From the NCBI GenBank assembly GCA_964524715.1, contig CAZGGF010000362.1, positions 9,968 to 73,967 on the forward strand: a stretch of DNA of 64,000 nucleotides, written 5' to 3'. Below are positions 35,640 to 44,872 of this stretch, piece by piece. Source of the DNA: an uncultured Verrucomicrobiota bacterium. GTDB taxonomy: Bacteria > Verrucomicrobiota > Verrucomicrobiia > CAIQCK01. Below the pieces are notes generated by a model, which saw nothing but the letters and a program-made list of their open reading frames with translations, was not told the DNA's origin and made no database searches. Position numbers and translations under genes: made by a program. Numbering within the stretch: the first letter of the stretch is position 1; each line of letters starts with the position of its first letter.

Positions 35640-36181
35640 GCTTGTGCGTTGGGAGCGCCACCCTGACTGGCCACAAAACCAAGCGCCGGGGCGCCTTCGG
35701 CCGCGCCGCCGACCTGCGTGGCGAGATAGGCGCTGCCGAGTTCTTCGATGTGTCCGATGATGTCCTGAAAATGATCCAGATGGATCTGCTCTTCGGTGAC
35801 GAGCTGCTCGAAGAGCTTCGCGCTCAGAGAATCGCGACTATCGCGGCAGACTTGGTGCGCTTCGTTGTAGTCGCGCACGGCAATCTCTTCCAGTTCGGCG
35901 TCATACTTCATGATCTCCAGCACCGGCAGTTTCTTCTTCGCCGGCATGTCGGGCTGGCTGGTGGGCGTGCCACCGAGGATGAGGATGCGCTCGGCCAGCA
36001 TCTCCGCGTGGCGCATTTCGTCGATGGCAATGAGCTTGAGCTGCTGGGCAAACTGGCCGTAATCGCTGTCGGCCAGTTCATAGTGCTGGGACATGTACTG
36101 CAGGATCGCGGCCAATTCGGAAGCGCGTGCCTTGTTCAGGACATTGATGACGGTCTGTTTGCTATCGGGTTTCGCAGCCAT
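35636..36181 (-). CDS. bfr: bacterioferritin-like protein with Gly/Ala-rich C-terminal extension
   Basis: VINVLNKARASELAAILQYMSQHY...IDEMRHAEMLAERILILGG shows ferritin-like di-iron ligand spacing (E..E..H). About 25 extra C-terminal residues. Confidence 0.75.
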   Translation of the reverse strand: MAAKPDSKQTVINVLNKARASELAAILQYMSQHYELADSDYGQFAQQLKLIAIDEMRHAEMLAERILILGGTPTSQPDMPAKKKLPVLEIMKYDAELEEIAVRDYNEAHQVCRDSRDSLSAKLFEQLVTEEQIHLDHFQDIIGHIEELGSAYLATQVGGAAEGAPALGFVASQGGAPNAQA

Positions 36182-36382
36182 GATCTTTTCTCCAGGTTAT
36201 CTGCTTGTTCCAGTTGCCACACATCTCTCAAAACATGGTTATTCGTAATCCTGCGTGGCAATGCCAACGCATGCCACTTCAGTCTGTAGCCCCGCCATGC
36301 GCAGGTTCAAGTCTCTTTTCATGTCTGAAATACTGAAAAGGAAGTTGACTGGCACGGCTGAAACTGTTCAATCAAATGCACA

Positions 36383-37156
36383 ATGAAGCGGCTCGCGATC
36401 CATTTGAGCTTGTTGTTCCTCTTCCCCACATGCGGACTGCTGACGGGTTGTGGCAAGCCCTCTTCGCGCGAACAAGCCACGCTGCGGGTGCTCTGCGGCA
36501 GTTCGATGGCGACGCCGGTGCAGGAGACGGGCCGGCAGTTTGGCGAAACACGCAAAGCGCGGATCGAGTATGACCTCGGAGGTTCGGAAACGTTGCTGCC
36601 CAAGATCCTCGCGGGCGCCCGTGGCGATGTTTTCGTTTGCCATGACCCGTTTGAGGAAAAGCTCAAGGCAGCCGGCCGGTGCGCGAACGCGGTGGCGGTT
36701 GGGTGGCTCGAACCGGTGCTGGCCGTCCGGCCCGGCAACCCGAAAGGCATTCGCTCTGTCGCGGATCTGGCCAAGTCCGGCCTGAAGATTGGCCTGGGTG
36801 ACCCGCGGTATTCCACGTGCGGCGAACTGTTCGTCAACGCGTTGCGGCAACGCAATCTCTACGACGGCGTGATGGCGAACGTGGTGCTGCAAGGCCGCAC
36901 TCATGCCGAGGTTGCCAACGGGCTGATTGTCGGCCCACTGGACGCGGTGGTTGTCTGGAACTTCGTCATGCGCCTGTATGCAGGCAAACTGGAAGCCGTG
37001 CCCGTTGGCATCCAATATCCCGCAACGCGCGTGACCGTGGTGGGACTGACCACGAGCGAGAACCCGGCATTGCGCGATGCATTCCTGGCTTGGTGTAATC
37101 AGCCGCAGGTGAAGGCAGTGTTCCGCCAGCACGGCTATAACCGTGAGGGTGAGTGA
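36383..37156 (+). CDS. ModA-like periplasmic substrate-binding lipoprotein (molybdate/tungstate-type SBP fold)
   Basis: Lipobox LLTGC. LRVLCGSSMATPVQE...EYDLGGSETLLPKILAGARGDVFVCHDP resembles ModA-type SBPs. No permease or ATPase lies adjacent. Confidence 0.6.
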   Translation: MKRLAIHLSLLFLFPTCGLLTGCGKPSSREQATLRVLCGSSMATPVQETGRQFGETRKARIEYDLGGSETLLPKILAGARGDVFVCHDPFEEKLKAAGRCANAVAVGWLEPVLAVRPGNPKGIRSVADLAKSGLKIGLGDPRYSTCGELFVNALRQRNLYDGVMANVVLQGRTHAEVANGLIVGPLDAVVVWNFVMRLYAGKLEAVPVGIQYPATRVTVVGLTTSENPALRDAFLAWCNQPQVKAVFRQHGYNREGE

Positions 37157-37180
37157 TCCGCAAGAAACGCCGACGAAACC

Positions 37181-37657
37181 ATGAAAACCGTTTTCCTTGA
37201 AAACTGCTACACGTTCCTGCTGATCGTGCATCTGCTGGCCACGTTCGTGTTGATCGGGAGCATGAGCCACAATCTCCAGGGCGTGATCGCCTACTGCCGC
37301 GGGCGATTCGAACGCCAGGCATTGGAGAAGCGTAACGCGCGAATATTCTTCTGGTCCTATCTGGTTTGCTACGTCATCGGCTGCATCATTTATCCGACCT
37401 ACCGCGTCTACATGCGCCCATACTTCGATCCGCAGTTGCCGTGGGCAACCGGGTTGTTTGAGGTGAAGGAGCACTGGGGCGCGCTGGCGACGGCGATGCT
37501 GCTGGTGTATTACCTGCTGCGAAAGCAGTTCCAACCCTCGGAAGATCGCAGCAAGCTGGCGCTCTACATCCCGCTCTGTTTCCTGCTGAACATCATCGTC
37601 TGGTATAAGGTCATCATCGGCGTCTGGCTCACCATACTGAAAGGATCCTGGTCGTGA
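37181..37657 (+). CDS. hypothetical 4-TM membrane protein
   Basis: 158 aa with four hydrophobic segments and His residues in TM1 (VHLLATFVLIGSMSHN). It lies 24 nt after the SBP gene. Confidence 0.5.
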   Translation: MKTVFLENCYTFLLIVHLLATFVLIGSMSHNLQGVIAYCRGRFERQALEKRNARIFFWSYLVCYVIGCIIYPTYRVYMRPYFDPQLPWATGLFEVKEHWGALATAMLLVYYLLRKQFQPSEDRSKLALYIPLCFLLNIIVWYKVIIGVWLTILKGSWS

Positions 37658-38019
37658 AAAAGGCGGACCTCACTTATCTCGTCGGCTCGGTCTTCATCGC
37701 GTTGACCGCCCTGTTCTATTGCTCCACGATCTGGTTCTCGATCACCGTGCCGCGCTACTACCCGCTGGAACACACCTGGAAATGCGTGAACCAGAAGGGC
37801 GTGATCTCGCAGGGATGGTATGGGACGCAGGGCTTTGCGTTCCTCGCGGCGGGCATTGTCAGCCTGCTGGTTTATCTCGCGCTGAAGCGGTTTTGTTCGC
37901 CGAACACCGCCTTGACGCCCACAACGACGCGATGGATAGCCGCAGCCACTTTTCTTGTCGTGCTCCCGTGCATGGGCTACCTCCTTTGGCACGAGTTTGT
38001 CAGGTGGAAGATATTCTGA
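37654..38019 (+). CDS. hypothetical 3-4-TM membrane protein
   Basis: 121 aa. GTG start overlapping the previous stop (GTGA). Confidence 0.45.
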   Translation: MKKADLTYLVGSVFIALTALFYCSTIWFSITVPRYYPLEHTWKCVNQKGVISQGWYGTQGFAFLAAGIVSLLVYLALKRFCSPNTALTPTTTRWIAAATFLVVLPCMGYLLWHEFVRWKIF

Positions 38020-38128
38020 CCGTTCGTATCTGAACTCGCGTCCAGTTTGCTGCGGTCGAGACGATGTTGAACCCGCTGCGGAAAAAGCGGCTTCCGCTGA
38101 CGGTGTTTTTGTGCGAAAAACTCTTGTT

Positions 38129-39034
38129 ATGAACACGACCATCACCCGTCGCAAGTTTCTCGAAACCGCCAGCGTGTTCGGTGCCGGAATAGGATTGTCG
38201 AGTCTGCCCACCTGCCTCCTGGCCGCGGAGCCCCCCAAGGGCGCTCCGCACGCCGAACGGCTCGGCTGGCGTCTGGCCTGTAATGCATACAGTTTCAACA
38301 AGCTCACGTTCTACGAGACGATCGACAAGGTGGCGGCGCTGGGATTGAAATGGATCGTCGGCTTCAACTGGCAAAAACTCGACCCCAAGACGCCGGAAGC
38401 GATCTTCAGCGAACGAATGTCAGCAGCCGAGCGCCAGGAAACGAAGAAACGCCTGCGCGATGCCGGAATCAAGCTGGTCGCGTGTTATTGCCGGGACTTG
38501 GCGCACGAAGATGTTTGTCGCCGAGTGTTCGATTTCGCCCGCGAGATGGGCATGGAAATGCTCGACGGCGAGCCTCCCGTCGAAGCCTTCGACATGTTGG
38601 ACAAGCTCTGCAACGAGTATCAAATCAACCTCGCGGTGCACAATCACACCAAGCCGTCGAAGTATTGGAGTCCCGAGACGCTGCTGGGCATCTTTCAGGG
38701 ACGAAGCCGGAGAATCGGCGCCTGTTGCGACACGGGACACTGGACCCGATCCGGGCTTCCTTCGGTCGAAACTCTCGCCAAGTTCCAAGGCCGCGTTCTC
38801 ACCTTCGACTTGAAAGACGTGAACGAACAGGGAGCGTGCATGCCATTCGGCACGGGCAAGGGCGACATCCGCGGAATCCTCAAGGAACTTCAGCGGCAAC
38901 GATTTCGCGGTGTGGTGGGAATCGAATACGGTTTGCGGTCGCCAGAGGCCGAGGGCGAGATTGCCCAATGCGTGGCCTTCTTCGAGAAGGTGGCCCGCGA
39001 ACTGTGCGATTCCTGCCCAACGCAATCGAAGTAG
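38129..39034 (+). CDS. Tat-signal sugar phosphate isomerase/epimerase (xylose-isomerase-like TIM barrel)
   Basis: MNTTITRRKFLETASVFGAGIGL twin-arginine signal. AVHNHTKPSKYW, GACCDTGHWTRSG and VGIEYG are AP_endonuc_2/xylose-isomerase-like metal-ligand blocks. Confidence 0.8.
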   Translation: MNTTITRRKFLETASVFGAGIGLSSLPTCLLAAEPPKGAPHAERLGWRLACNAYSFNKLTFYETIDKVAALGLKWIVGFNWQKLDPKTPEAIFSERMSAAERQETKKRLRDAGIKLVACYCRDLAHEDVCRRVFDFAREMGMEMLDGEPPVEAFDMLDKLCNEYQINLAVHNHTKPSKYWSPETLLGIFQGRSRRIGACCDTGHWTRSGLPSVETLAKFQGRVLTFDLKDVNEQGACMPFGTGKGDIRGILKELQRQRFRGVVGIEYGLRSPEAEGEIAQCVAFFEKVARELCDSCPTQSK

Positions 39035-39062
39035 AACAATACATCAATCCCCGGATACGCAT

Positions 39063-40445
39063 ATGCAACGGCGACAGTTCTTCTCGGCAATGCTGGGTGC
39101 GACAGCAGCTCTTGGTGCGACCTCGGCCAAGGCAGCGGCTGCAGACAGCCTGAGCGCGGGCGAGGGCGTGGCCGATATCACGCCGCCCTTGGGCGTCGAG
39201 TTGGCCGGTTTTCACAAGCCACCGGGGCAGGAGCGGCGGGCCAAAGAGATTCGTCAACCGTGCGAGGTGCGCGCTCTGGTGCTGGCGTGGGGTTCAACCC
39301 GGGTGGTTGTCTGTTCGCTCGACGCACTTGGCGTAAGCGAGACGATGACCGCGCGGATTCAGCAGGCTGCCGCCAAGCGCACAGGAATCCCGGTCGAAAA
39401 CATCCACGTAGCCACCACGCATGATCACAGCATGCCCACCTTCAAGAAGATACGGCAATGGGGTGCGATGCCCCCGGAGTTCGTAGCCACCGTGGAGCAA
39501 CGCACCGTGGAGGCGATCGTCGCAGCTCAGGCCGATCTGGCGCCGGCGGAGTTGTCGCTGGGCAAGTGCCGCGTGCCGGGAGGCAATCACAATCGCACCG
39601 TGAAAAAAGGCGTGGTCCGTACCGATGCTGAATTCGGCCCCCAATCCACTGACGCAGAACGCTGGCTAGATACGATGCTCCACGCCCTGGTATTCCGCCG
39701 GGCAGGCAAAAAGCCGGACCTGGTGTGGTATCACTTCTCGGCGCATGCCGTCTGTTATGCCGATGAACAGGCCGGGCCTGACTGGCCGGGCGAGGTGGCC
39801 CGGGAGATCCGCAACCAGTTGGGTCTGCGCCCGTCATTCCTTCAAGGTCACATCGGCGACGTAAACCCCGGTGACGGCAGCGACTGGCGCGGCGAGATCC
39901 GGCAGACCGTGGCCGCCATTACTCCCGCCTTGAAACAGGCGATTGCGGCCGCCAGCCCGCAGCGCGTCAATTGCCTGCGCACGTGCAGCACGCGATTCAA
40001 CGTGCCGTTCGACATGGAACGGTTCGAGCAATGGATTGACGAGTATCGCAGCGACCCGAGCAAGTGCAAATCGGGGCGATGGGTCGATGCGGGTTTCGCC
40101 GCCGATTGGTATGGTGGAAATCAGAAGCGTGATCGGAATCTCAAGCATCTTCCGATCACACTCAGCGCCATCCAACTCGGACCGGTGGGGATGCTGTTGC
40201 ACCCGGCCGAGCTCTACAGCTATTACGGGCTGGCAATCCGCCGTGGCTCGCCATTTCACGATACACTCGTGGTGGGCTGCGCCGATGGCTCAATCGGCTA
40301 CCTGCCCGACCCTGCGGCCTACCAACTTGGCGAGTATTCGGCACTGGTCGTGCCCAAAATTGTGGACAACCCTCCGTTTCAGCCCACCGCCGCGAGAGAA
40401 TTGACCGCCGCGGCAATCGCGCTGCTCAAGCGGATCGCTGGATGA
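39063..40445 (+). CDS. Tat-signal neutral/alkaline ceramidase-like N-terminal domain protein
   Basis: MQRRQFFSAMLGATAALGA twin-arginine signal. GVADITPPLGVELAGF ... LDALGV ... VATTHDHSMP resemble the Ceramidase_alk N-terminal domain. It is a paralog of the convergent 40515-41939 gene. Confidence 0.65.
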   Translation: MQRRQFFSAMLGATAALGATSAKAAAADSLSAGEGVADITPPLGVELAGFHKPPGQERRAKEIRQPCEVRALVLAWGSTRVVVCSLDALGVSETMTARIQQAAAKRTGIPVENIHVATTHDHSMPTFKKIRQWGAMPPEFVATVEQRTVEAIVAAQADLAPAELSLGKCRVPGGNHNRTVKKGVVRTDAEFGPQSTDAERWLDTMLHALVFRRAGKKPDLVWYHFSAHAVCYADEQAGPDWPGEVAREIRNQLGLRPSFLQGHIGDVNPGDGSDWRGEIRQTVAAITPALKQAIAAASPQRVNCLRTCSTRFNVPFDMERFEQWIDEYRSDPSKCKSGRWVDAGFAADWYGGNQKRDRNLKHLPITLSAIQLGPVGMLLHPAELYSYYGLAIRRGSPFHDTLVVGCADGSIGYLPDPAAYQLGEYSALVVPKIVDNPPFQPTAARELTAAAIALLKRIAG

Positions 40446-40514
40446 CGATCCCTCTCTGTGGTGTCAGCGCGGTTTGAATGACCAGGCCTGCCCTGCCCTG
40501 CGCGCCGGGCCAAC

Positions 40515-41939
40515 TCAGGATGTGCCTCGTCGCAACGGCGGCGCTGCATCGTAGAGTTCATTCAGCATCGTCACCACTTGATCGACCATTGCTTCCCCTG
40601 TGCCGGCCTCCAACATGCTGTGCCAGCCCACCCATGTCTGGTAACCGCCGTCGGCATAGGCCTGGCGATCCGGAACGTAGCTGATCTGCTCGTTGGCCAG
40701 CCCGACGATGCATGTGTGCCGGAAGGGCGACCGGCGCCGGAGTTCCAACCCGAGGCGGGCGAACATCTCGCCGGGAATACCCACGAATGCAATATCGCCC
40801 AATCGGATGATTTGCAGGCGCGCCTGCCGCGCCTCACCTTGATGCGGTGCCATCTCTTCCCGCATTTTGCGGAACCACTCGCCCTGACTCACGGCGCGAC
40901 GCGGCGCATACTTTTCCAGATAGGACTTTACCGCCAGGGCTTCTTTCGCTTCGTCGAAGCGGCGCACGTGGTAGGTGAACTGCCGGTTGAGCACTTGGAC
41001 GGGACCGGGCAGGACCGGCTGCAAACGGCCCAGCGCCTCTTCGATCGCAGCGACGACGCGGTGCACACACTCCTCTGCGGGGACACCGCTATTGTTATAG
41101 GTGGCGTTGTGCGTGGAGCCGAACGCACCCGGCAGGAACAAGGCTGTGGCGCTGTGCCGCCGTTCGATCTCCAGCGCCGCCAGACCGTAGAAGCACGGTG
41201 ACATGCAGTCTTTACGGACGTGGCCAATGTTGTGTACCGAATGGTTAAATGCAAAGCCGCCATACTTGCCGTCCGCGCGTCGTAGAGCCAATACATACAA
41301 GTCCGGGTCGTACGGACCCGTTGGCCGGACCACGTCCTGCTCCTCGTAACCATCCCAGCCGATGAGGCCATCCTTGAGCAAGAGCCGGCTATTGCGGCCG
41401 ACCGTGGCCTCCTGGCTCTGGCCGAACAACACCGTGCTCTGAGCGGCGGCCTTTGTTTTGTCAATCGCGTCAACCGCTTTGACGGCAGCCAGAACGCTCC
41501 CCTCCTCCAACCGACGAACATACTCCGCGTCCGGTTTTGCCCCGACGAAGTCGCCTGTGCGCGGGCCACGGTGGGTATGCGTCGCGCAAATAAGAATATT
41601 ATCTTCCGGTATGCCCGTGGCGACGGCGATTCGTTTGGCTGCGGGACGCGTTACATACGGTCGTATGTTCATCGAATCCAACGACACGAGGCAGATCCGC
41701 TGCTGGGCGTCGATCACCAACGCATTGGCCCGAAACTCTCCCTCCCAAGGCCGGTCAAAGACCTTTTTCGTGGCGCGCAACTCCGCCATGTTGTCGTCGG
41801 TCAATTTCACGGATGCCGACGCAGCCCGGACTGTGGGGGTCGTGTGCCGCTCCGGTTGCGCCCCATGCGAGCGCGAGGTCGCCAACGCGCCGAGTCCGGC
41901 AGCAGTGAGCATGAAGTTGCGGCGAGTCAGTTCTTTCAT
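40515..41939 (-). CDS. Tat-signal neutral/alkaline ceramidase-like domain protein (paralog)
   Basis: MKELTRRNFMLTAAGLGALA twin-arginine signal. VSLDSMNI ... ICATHTHRGP and the C-terminal IVGLANEQISYVPD parallel VVGCADGSIGYLPD of the neighbour. Confidence 0.65.
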   Translation of the reverse strand: MKELTRRNFMLTAAGLGALATSRSHGAQPERHTTPTVRAASASVKLTDDNMAELRATKKVFDRPWEGEFRANALVIDAQQRICLVSLDSMNIRPYVTRPAAKRIAVATGIPEDNILICATHTHRGPRTGDFVGAKPDAEYVRRLEEGSVLAAVKAVDAIDKTKAAAQSTVLFGQSQEATVGRNSRLLLKDGLIGWDGYEEQDVVRPTGPYDPDLYVLALRRADGKYGGFAFNHSVHNIGHVRKDCMSPCFYGLAALEIERRHSATALFLPGAFGSTHNATYNNSGVPAEECVHRVVAAIEEALGRLQPVLPGPVQVLNRQFTYHVRRFDEAKEALAVKSYLEKYAPRRAVSQGEWFRKMREEMAPHQGEARQARLQIIRLGDIAFVGIPGEMFARLGLELRRRSPFRHTCIVGLANEQISYVPDRQAYADGGYQTWVGWHSMLEAGTGEAMVDQVVTMLNELYDAAPPLRRGTS

Positions 41940-42057
41940 CGTATGCAGCAGCCCAATGTTGTCATCAGAGTTGACCCGCCCACAGACTCCCGCGCAACCA
42001 CAGCAGCAACATCCGCGCCGTGCTGCGCAGTTGCGTTCCGGAGTCTCGCAAGGTTGT

Positions 42058-43311
42058 TTAACCTTCGCGGATTTCGCGCTTTTGCGGGTCAAAAATCTGG
42101 CGCTTGCCGGTGTCCATGGCGCGGACGCCCATCATCACAGGGACGGAATGGTAGTAGCCAGCCTCGATAGGCGCGTTGGTCGTCTTGCGCGTGCGCAGGC
42201 ATTGCAGCCAGTCCAGGAAGTGGTCCGGGATCTCGACCGGTTCGACGACCGTGTCCACCTTGGGCAGCTTGCTGGGCTTGATGGCCCCGGCCAAGGAATA
42301 GGTGGGGCCTTTTCTGTTGGTCAAATCGATCGTCCCCTCGTCGCCGTAAATCTTCTGCACACTGCCGCTCGAGTTGCCGAAATTGGTGGAGTAGTGCACC
42401 AGGAAGCCCTCGGGATAAATCCATGTGGCCTCGCAGTGGTCGGGACAGGTGAAGCCCTCATCCTTCCAAGTGAAGGTGCCGCCCTGGGCCACGCAACTCA
42501 AGGGAAGCTTCGAGCCGACGATGTAGTTGTTCAGATCAATGAAATGGCACCCCAGGTTGGCAATGGGGCCGTCGGTGAATTCGCGGAATCCATACCAGCC
42601 GGTCAATAGTTTGCCGTCGAAGGGCCGCACGGGCCGATCCATGAGGAATTCCTTCCAGTCCACATCCTCGGCCTTGACCGGTTCGGCCCGATTCATCCAC
42701 GAATACCAATAAGGCTTGGCGCCATTGCGGCACTGCTCGATGCGCGAGACCTTGCCAATGGCACCAGACTCAAAGAGTTTCTTACAACCGGCACTGGTGG
42801 CATAGCTGCGGACTTGAGTGCCCATCTGCACGACTTGGGAACTGGCCTTGACCAGGTCGAAAACGCGGTTGAGGGCCTCCATGTTCATGGCCAGCGGTTT
42901 TTCCACATAGACGTCCTTCTTGGCCTTGATGGCGGCTTCCAAGTGCAGGCAGTGCTGGTGATCACACGAGGCAATCATCACCGCGTCGACGTCGTCCAGA
43001 GCCATGATGTCCTGATAAGAAACGAACTGCCGCGCCGGGCGGCCATACCATTCCTTGGCCCGAGCCGCAGCCCGCTCGCGGCGCTGCCGCCAGGGATCAC
43101 TGACCGCGGTAAACTCGACGTTCTGCGCCTTGTCGTAAGGATGAACGCCCTTCATATGGGCGTCGAAGCCGCGACCGCCGCAGCCGATGAGGCCCAGCGA
43201 AATCCGTTCGTTGGCGCCCGCGATCCTGGCGTAGCTGGCAGCGGTGAAGGCCATGGCGGCCCCAGCCGAAGCTGTCTTGAGGAACTGCCGACGAGAAGCG
43301 AATGCTTTCAT
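42058..43311 (-). CDS. Tat-signal Gfo/Idh/MocA family oxidoreductase
   Basis: MKAFASRRQFLKTASAGAAMA signal. LGLIGCGGRG Rossmann motif and VYVEKPLA. Confidence 0.9.
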   Translation of the reverse strand: MKAFASRRQFLKTASAGAAMAFTAASYARIAGANERISLGLIGCGGRGFDAHMKGVHPYDKAQNVEFTAVSDPWRQRRERAAARAKEWYGRPARQFVSYQDIMALDDVDAVMIASCDHQHCLHLEAAIKAKKDVYVEKPLAMNMEALNRVFDLVKASSQVVQMGTQVRSYATSAGCKKLFESGAIGKVSRIEQCRNGAKPYWYSWMNRAEPVKAEDVDWKEFLMDRPVRPFDGKLLTGWYGFREFTDGPIANLGCHFIDLNNYIVGSKLPLSCVAQGGTFTWKDEGFTCPDHCEATWIYPEGFLVHYSTNFGNSSGSVQKIYGDEGTIDLTNRKGPTYSLAGAIKPSKLPKVDTVVEPVEIPDHFLDWLQCLRTRKTTNAPIEAGYYHSVPVMMGVRAMDTGKRQIFDPQKREIREG

Positions 43312-43489
43312 GAGTCTATCTCCGGTAGGTGAATCGAGTGCATCCTAGCGCGCCGATGTCGTGCGGCAAGCTCAAAGAGAGCCAATCGTCAATCGCGACC
43401 CGTTCAACTCCATATCCGATTGAAGCCGGAGGTCAAAGCTGACCCCACAGGCAAATCCCAAATATTGCAGAGACAGCCCGCCGTCTCAC

Positions 43490-44848
43490 CTAGATGGCCC
43501 ACGGTTTGCGCATCGGGCGGTCCAGCATTCGGTTGGCCTCGTCGTCGTCGAGGAAAGCCTCCCGGGCCGAATCCCATCTCAGTTTCCGCCCCAGCTTGAT
43601 CGCGATCTGCTGCAAATGGCACATCGCGTCCGAGTGGAAAGCGATGTCTATGGGCGCCGCCGGCTGCGCTTTTCCTTTCACAGCATCAATGAAGTTCACA
43701 TGGTGGTTGTCGCTCTTGAAAAGATTGATTTCGTTGGGACCCACCTTCTCTTTGATCAGCGACTGCGGATTTGCGTCCAGTTTGCGTCGATCCACGTGCA
43801 CCCATCCCCCGGTGCCGATAAACATCACACCATGGCCATGGTCGTTGGCCTGCATGGGATGCTTCTTGCTTGTGCCATCGTCCATGTGGATCAGGGTGAC
43901 GCCATTGGCATACCGGTTCTCGACCTGCCAGTGTGTTGCGGCATCGGTGAGCATTCCTTTCGGGAATTCCCCCTTCCCTTCAATCGTTGTCGGCCCGGAA
44001 AGGTCGGTGCCATTTCCCCACTGCGCAATATCGAGATGATGAATTCCCCAGTTGCCGATCATTCCCATGCAGTAGTCTGATATGGAATACCAGACGCTGT
44101 AGCCTTTGCCCTGGACGTGGGGCCGGCATCGCTCGTAGCAATAGGGCGCCATGGGCGCAGGTCCGAGCCACATCTCATAGTCCAGTTCCTTGGGCACAGG
44201 CTCGGTGGGTTGAATGGGGCACGTCCAACTGCCCGGAACACCAACGAGAATGGTCTTCAACCGGCCTATTCTTCCGTTGCGCACCAGTTCACACGCACGC
44301 CGGAAATTGCCACCGGACCGTTGCTGGGTTCCGAACTGAAAAACAACACCGCTTTCCTTGACGGCTTTTCGGACGGCCTGCGCAGCGCGAAAACTCCAGC
44401 CGATGGGCTTCTCGCAATACATGTGTTTCTTCTGCCGGGCGGCTTCGAGGACGATCAGCGGATGCCAGTGGTCGGGCGCGGTAATCTGCACGGCATCAAT
44501 GTCTTTCCGCGCCATCAGTTCCCGGAAATCCTTGAAGGCTGCACAAGCTGTGTTCTTATACCATTCATCCACAGCCTTCTTGGCATTGAGCCGTTGGGTC
44601 TCATGCACATCGCACACGGCCACCACTTGAACGTCCTCCGCATTCCCTCGAAACGTCCGCATGTTGCCCAATCCCTGGATACCCATGCCGATGCAACCCA
44701 AGGTGACTTTGTTGCTGGGAGCGGTTGCGCCGTCCTTCCCCAAGACCGACGACGGGATTATCTGCGGGAAAGCAGTGGCTCCGGCAACCGCTGCCATTTG
44801 TTTCAGAAACTGCCGGCGGGCAACAATGTTTGTGGTCATGGTTTTCAT
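43490..44848 (-). CDS. Tat-signal Gfo/Idh/MocA family oxidoreductase (size and architecture compatible with GH109-like NAD-dependent glycosidases)
   Basis: VARRQFLKQMAAVAGA signal. LGCIGMGIQG Rossmann motif and MYCEKPI. 452 aa. Confidence 0.88.
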   Translation of the reverse strand: MKTMTTNIVARRQFLKQMAAVAGATAFPQIIPSSVLGKDGATAPSNKVTLGCIGMGIQGLGNMRTFRGNAEDVQVVAVCDVHETQRLNAKKAVDEWYKNTACAAFKDFRELMARKDIDAVQITAPDHWHPLIVLEAARQKKHMYCEKPIGWSFRAAQAVRKAVKESGVVFQFGTQQRSGGNFRRACELVRNGRIGRLKTILVGVPGSWTCPIQPTEPVPKELDYEMWLGPAPMAPYCYERCRPHVQGKGYSVWYSISDYCMGMIGNWGIHHLDIAQWGNGTDLSGPTTIEGKGEFPKGMLTDAATHWQVENRYANGVTLIHMDDGTSKKHPMQANDHGHGVMFIGTGGWVHVDRRKLDANPQSLIKEKVGPNEINLFKSDNHHVNFIDAVKGKAQPAAPIDIAFHSDAMCHLQQIAIKLGRKLRWDSAREAFLDDDEANRMLDRPMRKPWAI

Positions 44849-44872
44849 GGGATCAACTCCTGGATTGTTTGT

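Noticed and set aside
35636-36181. Ferritin-like protein as encapsulin cargo because of its C-terminal extension
   Set aside because: No encapsulin shell gene is nearby. The tail (GGAAEGAPALGFVASQGGAPNAQA) does not resemble the targeting peptides I recall.
36228-36250. Fur box upstream of the ferritin operon (TGGTTATTCGTAATCC)
   Set aside because: It matches the GATAATGATAATCATTATC consensus only partially, which is not convincing by eye.
36368-37534. 388-aa ORF on the minus strand
   Set aside because: It is antisense to the ModA-like lipoprotein and 4-TM genes, which have a lipobox and TM logic. It has no motifs.
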